The notes beneath the pieces are model-generated. The model saw only the letters and a list, made by a program, of their open reading frames with translations. It did not search any database and was not told the DNA's origin. Both the position numbers and the translations under genes were made by a program. Shown here in pieces: positions 10,567 to 20,378 of a DNA stretch of 64,000 nt. Each line of letters starts with the position of its first letter. The stretch's first letter is position 1. The stretch comes from an uncultured Gammaproteobacteria bacterium (GTDB lineage: Bacteria > Pseudomonadota > Gammaproteobacteria > UBA9214): positions 225,771 through 289,770 of the forward strand of contig CAVVHS010000005.1 in the NCBI GenBank assembly GCA_963748215.1, in the 5' to 3' direction.

Positions 10567-11507
10567 GCACAACGCTTGATATCAGGACGTTGTACGATGA
10601 TCTGGAGGAAAAACTGGGTCTGAGCTGGATCTGCGGCTCCGATCACGAGCACAAGGTGATCCACACCAGCAAGGAGCTCGCCACCGAGGTATCGCTGGTC
10701 GGACAACTCAATCTCATCAATCCGCACCGCGTCCAGATACTCGGCAGGAAGGAACTGGAATATTTCGACAAGTTGCAGAAAAACTCGCGCAAGGATGCAA
10801 TCGCCCAGCTTTTCTCCGGAGAATCGACACTGATAATCCTCGCCGGCCGGCTCAGCGCACCCAAAGACCTGACGGCCGCCGCGACAGCCTCGCACACGCC
10901 GCTGCTGTCCTCACGCCTGAAAAGCCAGGAAACCATCGAGAACCTGCAGCACTACCTGACCAACTTTTTCGCGGAAAAGATCACACTGCATGGCGTGTTC
11001 ATGGAAGTCATGGGTACCGGTGTACTGATCACCGGCGAATCGAGCATCGGCAAGAGCGAACTGGCGCTGGAACTGCTGACACGCGGGCACCGGCTGATCG
11101 CCGACGATGCGCCTGAATTCGCGCGCATTGCGCCGGACACGCTGATCGGGACCTGCCCGGAAATGCTGCGTGAATTTCTCGAGGTGCGCGGCCTCGGCAT
11201 CCTCAATGTGCGCGCCATGTTCGGCGCCAGCGCAATCAAGCAGAACCGCAACCTGCGGCTCATTATACGTCTGCAGGACATGGAGGAGGCGGTGAAGATG
11301 GACCGTCTGCACGGCAGCCGCCAGCTGCGCAAGATCCAGGATGTCGACATACCCGAGGTTACCCTGCCGGTCGGCCCCGGCAGGAACCTGTCGGTGCTGG
11401 TGGAAGCGGCGGTACGCAACCATATCCTGATCAGCAAGGGTTACGACGCCAGCGAGGCCTTCATCGAGCGGCAGAAGAAACGCCTGGAAAAGGCGCGCGA
11501 AGAATAG
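10563..11507 (+). CDS. hprK: HPr(Ser) kinase/phosphorylase
   Basis: HGVFMEV.G.GVLITGESSIGKSELALEL, LIADD, LEVRGLGI. Confidence 0.96.
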   Translation: MSTTLDIRTLYDDLEEKLGLSWICGSDHEHKVIHTSKELATEVSLVGQLNLINPHRVQILGRKELEYFDKLQKNSRKDAIAQLFSGESTLIILAGRLSAPKDLTAAATASHTPLLSSRLKSQETIENLQHYLTNFFAEKITLHGVFMEVMGTGVLITGESSIGKSELALELLTRGHRLIADDAPEFARIAPDTLIGTCPEMLREFLEVRGLGILNVRAMFGASAIKQNRNLRLIIRLQDMEEAVKMDRLHGSRQLRKIQDVDIPEVTLPVGPGRNLSVLVEAAVRNHILISKGYDASEAFIERQKKRLEKAREE

Positions 11508-11515
11508 CTACGGAT

Positions 11516-12373
11516 ATGAATATGGTCATCATCAGCGGCCTGTCCGGCTCCGGCAAGAGCGTGGCCCTGCACGCCCTCGAGGACATGGACTTCTACTGCA
11601 TCGATAACCTGCCGATCGGACTGCTGGTTGCCTTCGCCAACGAACTCCACGAACGCAACCTGGCCAACAGCGACAAGGTCGCCGCCGGCATCGACGCGCG
11701 CAACCGCGGCGACCAGCTCGAGCGCTTTCCGAAGATTATCGCCGGGCTGCGCGAGCGCGGCATCGACTGCAAGATACTGTTCCTGCAGGCCGACGACGCC
11801 ACCCTGCTCAAGCGATTCAGCGAGACACGCCGCAAGCACCCGCTCAGCAACAGCAGGACTCCGCTGGCCGATGCCATCGAACGTGAACGCGAGCTGCTGG
11901 CGCCGATTGCTGCCAATGCCGATCTGTTCATCGACACCAGCCGCACCAACGTGCACCAGCTGCGCGAGCTGGTCATGGAAAGCATCGGCAAGACACACAA
12001 CAAGGGATTTTCCCTGCTGTTGCGCTCCTTCGGTTACAAGCACGGCATCCCGGCGGACGCCGATTTCGTATTCGATGCACGCTGCCTGCCGAACCCGCAC
12101 TGGCAGCCGGACTTGCGCAGCAAGACCGGACTTGATAAAGAAGTGGCAGACTATCTGGAAACACAGCCGGTCGTGGCCGAGTACCGGGAACAGATCGAGC
12201 AGTTCCTGAAACGCTGGATTCCGGAGTTCAAGGCGGACAATCGCAGCTACCTCAGCATCGCCATCGGCTGCACGGGCGGACAACACCGTTCCGTCTACCT
12301 GGTCGACGGGCTTGCCGGGCGACTGGGCGACTCACTTGGCGAGGTCGTGGTCCGCCACCGGGAGCTGGAATAA
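11516..12373 (+). CDS. rapZ: RNase adapter RapZ
   Basis: SGLSGSGKS, RFSETRRKHP, SFGYKHG, GCTGGQHRSV. Confidence 0.96.
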   Translation: MNMVIISGLSGSGKSVALHALEDMDFYCIDNLPIGLLVAFANELHERNLANSDKVAAGIDARNRGDQLERFPKIIAGLRERGIDCKILFLQADDATLLKRFSETRRKHPLSNSRTPLADAIERERELLAPIAANADLFIDTSRTNVHQLRELVMESIGKTHNKGFSLLLRSFGYKHGIPADADFVFDARCLPNPHWQPDLRSKTGLDKEVADYLETQPVVAEYREQIEQFLKRWIPEFKADNRSYLSIAIGCTGGQHRSVYLVDGLAGRLGDSLGEVVVRHRELE

Positions 12374-12771
12374 TGTGCGGAGTACTACTGATTACACACG
12401 GCAACATCGGCCAGGACATGCTGGACACGGTCAGCGCCATCCTGGGCCGCTGCCCGCTGGACACGCTGGCCATCGGTGTCCCGCCCGACTGCGAACCCGA
12501 TGCAGTATTCGCCGCCGCCAGCCGGAGCTGTACATCGCTGGACGATGGCCAGGGGGTGCTGGTGCTGACCGACCTGTACGGCAGCACGCCAAGCAACATC
12601 GCCAACCGCCTGCTCGATGCCCACAACGTCATCGTCCTGAGCGGCATCAACATGCCGATGCTGCTGCGCATCATGAACTACCCTGATAATGATCTCGGAG
12701 AGCTCGCGGAATTCGCCGCCAGCGGCGCCCGCAACGGCATCGTGCTCACCCACAGCAAGCAGGCATCCTGA
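12373..12771 (+). CDS. PTS mannose/fructose-type EIIA
   Basis: LITHG, LTDLYGSTPSN, GINMPML. Confidence 0.92.
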   Translation: MCGVLLITHGNIGQDMLDTVSAILGRCPLDTLAIGVPPDCEPDAVFAAASRSCTSLDDGQGVLVLTDLYGSTPSNIANRLLDAHNVIVLSGINMPMLLRIMNYPDNDLGELAEFAASGARNGIVLTHSKQAS

Positions 12772-12772
12772 C

Positions 12773-13042
12773 ATGCAGGAACGTCCAGTCACTATCGTCA
12801 ACAAACTTGGCCTGCATGCACGCGCCGCGGCCAAGTTCGTCACCACCGCCTCGTCTTTCGCCAGCAACATCGATGTCGCGAAGAACGGGCAGCGGGTCAA
12901 TGGCAAGAGCATTATGGGAGTCATGATGCTGGCGGCGTCGCGCGGCACGGAACTGGTCATCATCACCTCGGGAGATGACGAAAAGGAAGCGGCTGACAGC
13001 CTTGCGCGGCTGATCGCGGACAAGTTCGGGGAACACGAATAA
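12773..13042 (+). CDS. ptsH: Phosphocarrier HPr/NPr
   Basis: NKLGLHARAAA, GKSIMGVMML. Confidence 0.93.
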   Translation: MQERPVTIVNKLGLHARAAAKFVTTASSFASNIDVAKNGQRVNGKSIMGVMMLAASRGTELVIITSGDDEKEAADSLARLIADKFGEHE

Positions 13043-13100
13043 CCGCAGCACACGCAGGCGTCAGCGCCGCTTTCGCTGACGCCGGGAGTCGACAGGCGAC

Positions 13101-14840
13101 ATGAGCCTGATGTTATCCGGCATTGGAGTATCCCGCGGCATTGCCATCGGCAAGGCCCACCTCATGCGTAGCAGCATCGAGGTGCTGCAGCTCAGCATCC
13201 CCGCTACTCAGCTGGACAGCGAGGTCGCGCGTTTTCTCGCTGCCGTGGAGCGGGCGCGCAACCAGCTCGAGGCCATACGTGAGCGCATTCCGCTGGAAAC
13301 CACCATCGACATCACCGCATTTATCGACACCCACTTGCTGATGCTCGACGATGCCACCCTGGTCACAACGCCCATGGAACTGATCCGGGAACATGCCTGC
13401 AACGCCGAGTGGGCACTCAAGCTGCAGCGCGATGCCGTCATCAGCGTGTTCGAGAAAATGGACGACCCTTACCTGCGCACCCGCAGCGACGATGTGGATC
13501 ATGTCGTCAACCGCATCCTGCGCATCCTGCTCAATCGGGAACAAGACGACGGCACGGACGAACCCGGGCAACTCGCGGATACCATCGTGCTGGCCGACGA
13601 ACTGACCCCCGCGGAAACCGTCATGCTGAAACACCAGGGCATGACGGCATTCGCCACGGAATTCGGCGGCCCGCTGTCGCATACCGCGATCCTGTCGCGC
13701 AGCATGCAGATACCGGCGGTGGTCGGCGCGCACGGCATCCACCAGTACCTGCGTGACGGCGAGACACTGATCCTTGACGGCCTGCAAGGCATCATAATCG
13801 CGGCCCCCGATGCACACACCCTCGCCCACTACCGCCGGCGCCAGCAGGATGAATTGCGGCGTCAGCAGGAACTGGCGCGCCTGGCCAGCCGTCCCGCGAT
13901 CACGCTGGACCAGGTGCCGATCCGGCTGATGGCCAACATCGAATTGCCCGAGGACGTCGAGGCCGTCGGGATGACGCACGTCGACGGGGTCGGCCTGTAC
14001 CGCACCGAGTTCCTGTTCATGAACCGGTCGACACCACCCGACGAGCAGGAGCAGTTCGACTGTTACCTGGCGGTACTCGATGCGCTCAAGGGCAGGCCGC
14101 TAACCATCCGCACCCTCGACATGGGTGCTGACAAGCAGGTCGACAGCGGCACCAGCCGTTGCGGCAGCAACCCTGCGCTCGGACTGCGCGCCGTGCGATT
14201 ATGTCTCAAGGACCTGTCCCTGTTCCGGCCCCAGCTGCGCGCCATACTGCGCGCCTCCGCGCACGGACCGGTACGCATGATGATCCCCATGTTGACCAAC
14301 ACCCAGGAGCTGCACCAGGTACTGTCGCTGCTCAAGGAGACGCGCAATGCCCTGCACCGCGAGGCGCTGGCATTCGCACCGGACATCAGTATCGGCGGCA
14401 TGATCGAGGTGCCGGGAGCGGCGCTCTCGGCGCGCGAATTCGCACGCCACCTGGACTTTCTGTCCATCGGCACCAACGACCTGATCCAGTACACGCTCGC
14501 CATCGACCGCGTCGATGACGAGGTCAACTACCTGTACGACCCGCTGCACCCCGCCGTCCTGCGACTGATCAAGATGACCATCGACGCCGGCCTGGAGACC
14601 GGCATCCCGGTAGCCATGTGCGGCGAGATGGCCGGCGACCCGCGCTACACACGACTGCTGCTCGGAATGGGGCTGACCGAGTTCAGCATGCACCACACCT
14701 CCCTGCAGGAAGTGAAGCGCGTCATCAACAACAGCCACATCGCCACACTCAGACCCCTGGTCGAGGAACTGGTCAACCGCACCACCGCCGGCCAGATCCA
14801 CACCCGCGTCGAATCGCTGAACAGCAACCTTACCGAATGA
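13101..14840 (+). CDS. ptsI: PTS enzyme I (no GAF domain)
   Basis: SHTAILSR, GLYRTEFLF, NPALGLRAVR, SIGTNDLIQY, CGEMAG. Confidence 0.95.
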   Translation: MSLMLSGIGVSRGIAIGKAHLMRSSIEVLQLSIPATQLDSEVARFLAAVERARNQLEAIRERIPLETTIDITAFIDTHLLMLDDATLVTTPMELIREHACNAEWALKLQRDAVISVFEKMDDPYLRTRSDDVDHVVNRILRILLNREQDDGTDEPGQLADTIVLADELTPAETVMLKHQGMTAFATEFGGPLSHTAILSRSMQIPAVVGAHGIHQYLRDGETLILDGLQGIIIAAPDAHTLAHYRRRQQDELRRQQELARLASRPAITLDQVPIRLMANIELPEDVEAVGMTHVDGVGLYRTEFLFMNRSTPPDEQEQFDCYLAVLDALKGRPLTIRTLDMGADKQVDSGTSRCGSNPALGLRAVRLCLKDLSLFRPQLRAILRASAHGPVRMMIPMLTNTQELHQVLSLLKETRNALHREALAFAPDISIGGMIEVPGAALSAREFARHLDFLSIGTNDLIQYTLAIDRVDDEVNYLYDPLHPAVLRLIKMTIDAGLETGIPVAMCGEMAGDPRYTRLLLGMGLTEFSMHHTSLQEVKRVINNSHIATLRPLVEELVNRTTAGQIHTRVESLNSNLTE

Positions 14841-14913
14841 GCTGAGTGCTGCTACACTGCGCAGTGCCTGCGCAGACGGATGGGCGTCTGTGCGCCCGGA
14901 ACAGCTTGCCGCG

Positions 14914-16272
14914 ATGAACGAGTCAGCAACCACAAAAACAACCGAGACCCGGCTCGAACGCCTCACCCGGGCGCTGGACTCCGGCGCGGCAGGCCAGGTC
15001 CGCTACCTGCTGACCAACCTGCACGCCTCCGAAATCGCCGACATGCTGGAGGCATTCCCGCACGGGCCGCGCGAAATCCTCTGGGAACTGGTCGATCCCG
15101 AAGACCGCGGCGAAACCCTGGTGCATCTCAACGAAGAGGTGCGTGCCGGTCTCATCAAGGACATGGAGACCCACGACCTGGTCGCCGCCACCGAGGGCCT
15201 GGACCCGGACGACCTCGTCGACCTGCTGCAGGACCTGCCGGGTGCGGTCACCCGGGAAGTCATGCGCTCCATGGACAAGCAGAACCGCATCCGGCTGGAG
15301 GCGATCCTGCAGTACCCGGAAGACTCGGCGGGCGGCCTGATGAACGTCGACGTCGTGACCATCCGCGCGGATGTGTCGCTGGACGTGGTGCTGCGCTACC
15401 TGCGCCTGCACAAGGAAATACCCGGAGCAACGGATACCCTGTTCGTGGTCGACCGCAACGACCACTTCCGCGGCACCCTGCCGCTGACCACCCTGCTAAC
15501 CAACGACCCGGAGCTGATGGTGGCCGCGGTGATGAATCGCGACGTCAAGCCCATCCCTGCCACCCTGCCGGACGTCGAGGTCGCGCGGCTGTTCGAGAAC
15601 CTCGACCTGGTGTCCGCACCGGTAGTCAACGAAGACAACAAGCTGCTCGGTCGCATCACCATCGACGACGTGGTCGACGTGATCCGCGACGACGCCGAAC
15701 ATTCCCTGCTGAGCATGGCCGGCCTCGACGAGGAAGACGATACCTTCGCGCCTATCCTCAAGAGCGCCCGGCGCCGCGCCATCTGGCTCGGCATCAACCT
15801 GGCCACCGCCTTCCTCGCCTCCTGGGTAATCGGCCGCTTCCAGGCCACCATCGAACAGGTGGTCGCGCTGGCCGTCCTGATGCCGATCGTCGCCAGCATG
15901 GGCGGTATCGCCGGCAGCCAGACCCTGATTATCGTGATCCGCGGCCTGGCGCTTGGCCAGGTCGGCAGCAGCAACGCCCGCTGGCTGATGCACAAGGAGC
16001 TGATGGTCGCTATCATCAACGGCGTCGGCTGGGCGGTGGTGGTGGCGGTGATCTCGGGCCTCTGGTTCCGCAACTCCGATATCGGCTTGATCATCGCCGT
16101 GGCACTGATCGTCAACCTGTTCTGCGCCGCGCTGGCCGGCCTGTCCATCCCGTTCTTTCTCAAACGCATGAACATCGACCCGGCACACGCCGGCTCGGTG
16201 ATCCTGACCACGGTCACCGACGTGGTGGGATTCCTGGTGTTCCTGGGGCTGGGGACTATCTTTCTGCTTTAA
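14914..16272 (+). CDS. mgtE: Magnesium transporter MgtE
   Basis: YPEDSAGGLM, CBS pair, GGIAGSQT, IDPAHAG..LTTVTDVVG; start could be GTG 14890. Confidence 0.95.
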   Translation: MNESATTKTTETRLERLTRALDSGAAGQVRYLLTNLHASEIADMLEAFPHGPREILWELVDPEDRGETLVHLNEEVRAGLIKDMETHDLVAATEGLDPDDLVDLLQDLPGAVTREVMRSMDKQNRIRLEAILQYPEDSAGGLMNVDVVTIRADVSLDVVLRYLRLHKEIPGATDTLFVVDRNDHFRGTLPLTTLLTNDPELMVAAVMNRDVKPIPATLPDVEVARLFENLDLVSAPVVNEDNKLLGRITIDDVVDVIRDDAEHSLLSMAGLDEEDDTFAPILKSARRRAIWLGINLATAFLASWVIGRFQATIEQVVALAVLMPIVASMGGIAGSQTLIIVIRGLALGQVGSSNARWLMHKELMVAIINGVGWAVVVAVISGLWFRNSDIGLIIAVALIVNLFCAALAGLSIPFFLKRMNIDPAHAGSVILTTVTDVVGFLVFLGLGTIFLL

Positions 16273-16280
16273 AACCCCGC

Positions 16281-16413
16281 CTCTGCGTCTCTCGGCAACT
16301 GCTCCCGGCGTTGCTCTAACTCCTCGGTAACTGCTCCATGCGTTACTCTACCTCCTACATCCATGTAGTCGTACATCCATGTAGTCGTACATCCCTGCTG
16401 TCGTGCGCGAGGC
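16281..16413. repeat. Nested micro-elements in the mgtE/pmbA convergent gap
   Basis: 48-bp CGGYAACTGCTCC..GCGTTRCTCTA.CTCCTACATCCATGTAGTCGT inserted into a second copy, plus an extra 16-bp tail, all splitting CTCTGCGTCTCT^GCGCGAGG. Confidence 0.75.
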
Positions 16414-16419
16414 AGTATT

Positions 16420-17778
16420 TCACGACCCTCCAATCATCATATGATCGAGCAGCACCGAGCCTGAGCGGATGTTGCCGCGCAGGTCGACGTCGTTGCCGAC
16501 GGCGGCGATGCCCATGAAGATGCCCTTCAGGTTGCCGGCCACGGTGATCTCGTCCACCGGGTAGGCGATCTCGCCGTTTTCCACCCAGAAGCCGGCGGCG
16601 CCGCGCGAGTAGTCACCGGTGACGATGTTCACGCCGAAACCGATGAACTCGGTGACCAGAAGACCATTGCCCATTTCACGCAACAGGCCCTCGAGGTCAT
16701 GTTCGCCCGGCTCGATGGTCAGGTTGTGCACACCGCCGGCATTGCCGGTGGTCTGCATGCCGAGCTTGCGCGCCGCGTAGCTGTTCAGTACGTAGCCCTG
16801 CAGGATGCCGTCGCTGATGATGTCGCGCGCCTGCGTGACCACGCCTTCCGAGTCGTAGGGTGCGCTGCCCAGGGCCCTGGGCAGGTGTGGCTGTTCGTGG
16901 ATGTGCATGAAACCGGGAAACACCGGCTTGCCGAGATGGTCGAGCAGAAAGCTGGACTTGCGGTACAGGCTGCTGCCACTGACGGCATTGATGAAATGCC
17001 CGAACAGGCTGCCGGCGCTCTCCGCGGCGATGATCACCGGCGCGGTGCGTGTGGAGAGGCGGCGCGTACCGAGGCGCCTGACAGTGCGCTCGCCTGCCTT
17101 GCGACCGACGTCGGCGGGCAGTTCCAGGTCGGCGCGGCCACGCGCAGCGCTCGACCAGTAGTCGCGCTGCATCTCCTCACCCCGCCGTCCGATCACCGAA
17201 CAGCTGATGCTGTGATAGCTGGTCCGGTAGCTGCCATGAAAGCCGAGGCTGTTGGCCTTGACGCGCAGCCCGGCGTAACTGGCGACGGTAGCGCCTTCCG
17301 AGTTGTCGATACAGGGGTCGACCGCGCGGGCGGCGTCCTCGCACTCCCGGGCGATGACGATCGCCTGTTCGGGGCCGAGGTCCCAGGGATGGTACAGGTC
17401 GAGGTCCGGGATCTCTTTCGCCAGGCACTCGACATCGGCCAGACCGGCACAGGGATCTTCACTGGTGTAGCGCGCCACGTCGCATGCAGCACGCACCGTC
17501 GCCTCGATGCTATCCGGCTCGAAGTCCGCGGTCGTGGCCGTGCCCTTGCGGTGGTCGAAATACACCGTCAGTCCCAGCACACGGTCACGGTTGAATTCCA
17601 GCGTCTCGGTCTCGCCGAGGCGCACGGTGACGGACAGGCCGGCATCGAAACTCACGCCTGCCTCGACCTCGTCGGCGCCGGCGGCCCGCGCGCGGGCGAT
17701 GATGTCCTGCACCATCTCCTCCAGCCGTGCGGCTTCCGGCAGGGGTGCAGTTTGTTCGGTGGCCTGGATCGCTGACAT
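16420..17778 (-). CDS. pmbA: Metalloprotease PmbA (TldE)
   Basis: NSEGA, MQRDYW, LYRKSSFL, GDYSRGAAGFWVENGEI; GAGGG RBS before ATG 17778. Confidence 0.96.
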   Translation of the reverse strand: MSAIQATEQTAPLPEAARLEEMVQDIIARARAAGADEVEAGVSFDAGLSVTVRLGETETLEFNRDRVLGLTVYFDHRKGTATTADFEPDSIEATVRAACDVARYTSEDPCAGLADVECLAKEIPDLDLYHPWDLGPEQAIVIARECEDAARAVDPCIDNSEGATVASYAGLRVKANSLGFHGSYRTSYHSISCSVIGRRGEEMQRDYWSSAARGRADLELPADVGRKAGERTVRRLGTRRLSTRTAPVIIAAESAGSLFGHFINAVSGSSLYRKSSFLLDHLGKPVFPGFMHIHEQPHLPRALGSAPYDSEGVVTQARDIISDGILQGYVLNSYAARKLGMQTTGNAGGVHNLTIEPGEHDLEGLLREMGNGLLVTEFIGFGVNIVTGDYSRGAAGFWVENGEIAYPVDEITVAGNLKGIFMGIAAVGNDVDLRGNIRSGSVLLDHMMIGGS

Positions 17779-17986
17779 GGTCTTCCCTCGTGTGAAAGGC
17801 TGGATTCTACCGGCCTGCCGCACCCCGGACAAACTCCCGGAAAACGGCTATGCTAGCCCGCATACCCCTGCGGCTGGAAGAACGGTGTCCAAAGGATGCA
17901 AATAGTGAAAGCGATGCGACTCCGGCAGACGACTGCATGTCACTGGCCGATGTCTGTCACGCCCGGAAATACAGGCTAGCCGCCGT

Positions 17987-18505
17987 ATGCAGAACCACGA
18001 CGACGACACCGTCAGCAAGTCGCGTCGCAAGCGCGAACTCGAGGAACTCAGGCAACTGGGCAACAAACTGCTGGATTTCAACGAGGACAGTCTGCGTCAG
18101 CTGCACTTGCCCGAGCTGCTGCTGGAGGCGGTGCTGACGGGCAGGAACATCACCTCGCACGTGGCACGCAAGCGCCAGTTGCAGTACATCGGCAAACTGC
18201 TGAAGGAGTTCGATGCCACGCCGGTGCGTGAGGCCGTGGCGGCACGCGAGCACCAGCACGATACCGCCACCCGGGAATTCCACCGGATCGAGGCGCTGCG
18301 CGAGCAGCTGCTTGCGCAGGGTGACGAGGCCATACCCGCAGTGCTGGCGCAGTTTCCGCGCACCGACCGCCAGCACCTGCGCAAGCTGGTGCGCCAGGCC
18401 CGCCAGCAACAGACCACTGGCCAGCCGGCCGGTGCATCGCGGGCGCTGTTCCGCTACCTGCGCGAGTTACAGGACGCACCGGAATACCAGGGAAGCTCTG
18501 ATTAA
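17987..18505 (+). CDS. yjgA: Ribosome biogenesis factor YjgA/DarP
   Basis: SKSRRKRE, RKRQLQYIGKL, DRQHLRKLVR, LFRYL; divergent from pmbA. Confidence 0.93.
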   Translation: MQNHDDDTVSKSRRKRELEELRQLGNKLLDFNEDSLRQLHLPELLLEAVLTGRNITSHVARKRQLQYIGKLLKEFDATPVREAVAAREHQHDTATREFHRIEALREQLLAQGDEAIPAVLAQFPRTDRQHLRKLVRQARQQQTTGQPAGASRALFRYLRELQDAPEYQGSSD

Positions 18506-18658
18506 TTCAATGCTCGTCATTCCGGCGCAGAGCCTGCCCCTGCGAAGCCAGGGGCAGGAATCCTGTGACGGCCTGAATGGTAACACCTGGATTCCGGGTC
18601 TCCCCCCGGATCAAGTCCGGGGTTCGCCCGGAATGACGGATTAATCACACCTTCCCTC
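18488..18658. mobile_element. MITE-like element containing a GTCATTCCG..GGAATCC / GGATTCC..CGGAATGAC palindrome pair with nested inserts
   Basis: TIRs AGGGAAGCTCTGATTAA / TTAATCACACCTTCCCT (15/17); the left end encodes the last yjgA codons. Confidence 0.75.
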
Positions 18659-18671
18659 GATTAGCCACAGT

Positions 18672-18762
18672 TGCAGGAGCGGACCGCGTCCGCGAATGTC
18701 ATGCCACCGATGTTCGCGCTTGTACCCGATAAAGCGCCGGGCATAAACGAAGCGCTCCTGCA
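18672..18762. repeat. Inverted REP doublet (REPIN-like), right unit interrupted
   Basis: TGCAGGAGCGGACCGCGTCCGCGAA ... TTCGCGCTT[~26 bp]CGAAGCGCTCCTGCA. Confidence 0.65.
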
Positions 18763-18871
18763 CGATTAGCAAGGCCCGCAGGAATGCATAATCACATGTC
18801 CTTGGCTCAGAGACGAAAACAGACTATTACCCTGTGTCCTCCATACCCTCTGCGGCAATGCCTTGCCGATT

Positions 18872-18911
18872 CTTGGCGCCTTTGCGCCTTTGCGTCTTTG
18901 CGTCTTTGCGC
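18872..18911. repeat. 8-bp tandem repeat CTTKGCGY x5
   Basis: CTTGGCGC CTTTGCGC CTTTGCGT CTTTGCGT CTTTGCGC just past the NMO stop. Confidence 0.85.
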
Positions 18912-18915
18912 GGGC

Positions 18916-19893
18916 CTACACTTCCAGCGCCGCCGCGAACTCCGCCACGATCTCCGCCGCGGGCCGTACCGCGTGAATGCCCTGCACGCTCTTGCCGGCC
19001 TGGTAGATATCCTTGTAACCCATGCTCCTGAGCGACGACTGCTTCAGCTTCCAGATCGACTGCAGGGAGTACAGCGTGCGCATCCAGTGCTTGGTGCGAC
19101 GGCCACGCAGCAACAGCTTCGCCAGCGGACCGGCGTGTACGCCCATCTGCTCGATCCACGGCGTGCGGATGATCGATACCGGCACGCCGGTGATCTTTTC
19201 CGACAACACGATATCCTGCTCGCCGGCAGCCACGATGGCCTGCTTGTAATCGTCATGTGCCGTGCACTCGCGGCTGGCAATGAAGCGCGTACCGAGCTGC
19301 GCCCCGGCATAGCCCATGCGCAGTGCCTGTGCGAACTGCTCGGGCGTGCCGATACCGCCGGCGCACACCAGCGGCTTGCCGAGCGGACCGATCTCGTCCA
19401 CTAACTGCTGCGCCGACAGGGTACCGGCATGCCCGCCGGCGCGGTCGTTCACGCAGATGAACCCGTCGACGCCACCGTCCAGCGCCTTCTCCGCCCAGTG
19501 ACGCGCCGTGACGTCGTGGTAGACGGTAACCCCGGCCGCACTGGCGCGCTCGACCACCCAGTTCGGGTTGCCTAGCGCCGTCACCAGGAACGACACGCCC
19601 TCCTCCAGCGCGACATCCAGCCACTGGTGCACGCGCTGAAGGTATTTTTTCGAACTGCGCTCGATGATCAGGTTCACGCCGATGGGCCGGTCGGTCAGGC
19701 CGCGTATATAACGCAGACCGGCACGGAATTCATGGCCGTGCACGTAGCTCAGGCTGAGTGGCTGCACAATGCCGATGCCACCGGCCGCGGACACTGCCGC
19801 CACCAGCTCGGGGTTGGAACAGGGGTACATGGCACCACAGATCAGCGGCACCCGGATACCGAGCGTATCGGTCAGCGCAGTATGCAGTGTCAC
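18916..19893 (-). CDS. Nitronate monooxygenase / FabK-like flavin oxidoreductase
   Basis: PLICGAMYP.SNPELVAAVS.AGG, AGGHAG, AGGIG, GTRFIAS.E. Confidence 0.88.
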   Translation of the reverse strand: MTLHTALTDTLGIRVPLICGAMYPCSNPELVAAVSAAGGIGIVQPLSLSYVHGHEFRAGLRYIRGLTDRPIGVNLIIERSSKKYLQRVHQWLDVALEEGVSFLVTALGNPNWVVERASAAGVTVYHDVTARHWAEKALDGGVDGFICVNDRAGGHAGTLSAQQLVDEIGPLGKPLVCAGGIGTPEQFAQALRMGYAGAQLGTRFIASRECTAHDDYKQAIVAAGEQDIVLSEKITGVPVSIIRTPWIEQMGVHAGPLAKLLLRGRRTKHWMRTLYSLQSIWKLKQSSLRSMGYKDIYQAGKSVQGIHAVRPAAEIVAEFAAALEV

Positions 19894-20378
19894 GCGTCCG
19901 GCTCCGGGCCGATCAGCCAGCGCGCGGTGACAACGGCTACGACTTCGTCCTCCAAATCGCGGATCTCCCCGGACAGCTCATAGTCCTGCCTGCTGTTGTC
20001 GGGCGGTATCGCGCAACGGCACTCGGCGCGCAACCGGCCACGCGCCTTCTTCAGGTAATTGATGCGGTAACCGGTGAGAATGCCGCGCGCACCCTCCGGC
20101 AGGCTGTTCATCAGTGCCAGCCCGGTGGTCAGCTCGCCGAGATTGGCCAGCGCCATGGCATGCACGGAATGCAGGTGATTACGCACCCGTCGGCGCTCGT
20201 CCAGCAACACGACACAACGGCCGGGCTCGAGTACCTGCACGCGCGCTGCCAGCGTCCCGGTGTACGGGACAGTATGGCCAAGGGCCTTGCTGAACAGCCA
20301 TTTGCCGCCGGGCTTGCCGGACAGCAGCTGCCAGCGCCGGCGCAACGCGGGTCCGATCGAACGGGACATGGTTTTCAC
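19890..20378 (-). CDS. Hotdog-fold thioesterase (DUF4442/PaaI-like)
   Basis: PYTGTL, NHLHSVHAMALANLGE, YLKKARG; 4-nt overlaps with neighbours. Confidence 0.85.
   Translation of the reverse strand: MKTMSRSIGPALRRRWQLLSGKPGGKWLFSKALGHTVPYTGTLAARVQVLEPGRCVVLLDERRRVRNHLHSVHAMALANLGELTTGLALMNSLPEGARGILTGYRINYLKKARGRLRAECRCAIPPDNSRQDYELSGEIRDLEDEVVAVVTARWLIGPEPDA

Noticed and set aside
13057-13083. Terminator between HPr and enzyme I genes
   Set aside because: GC hairpin without a U-tract inside an apparent operon; function cannot be supported.
9713-14840. HPr kinase and incomplete PTS downstream of rpoN as a novelty
   Set aside because: This regulatory PTS cluster is well known in Beta- and non-enteric Gammaproteobacteria.
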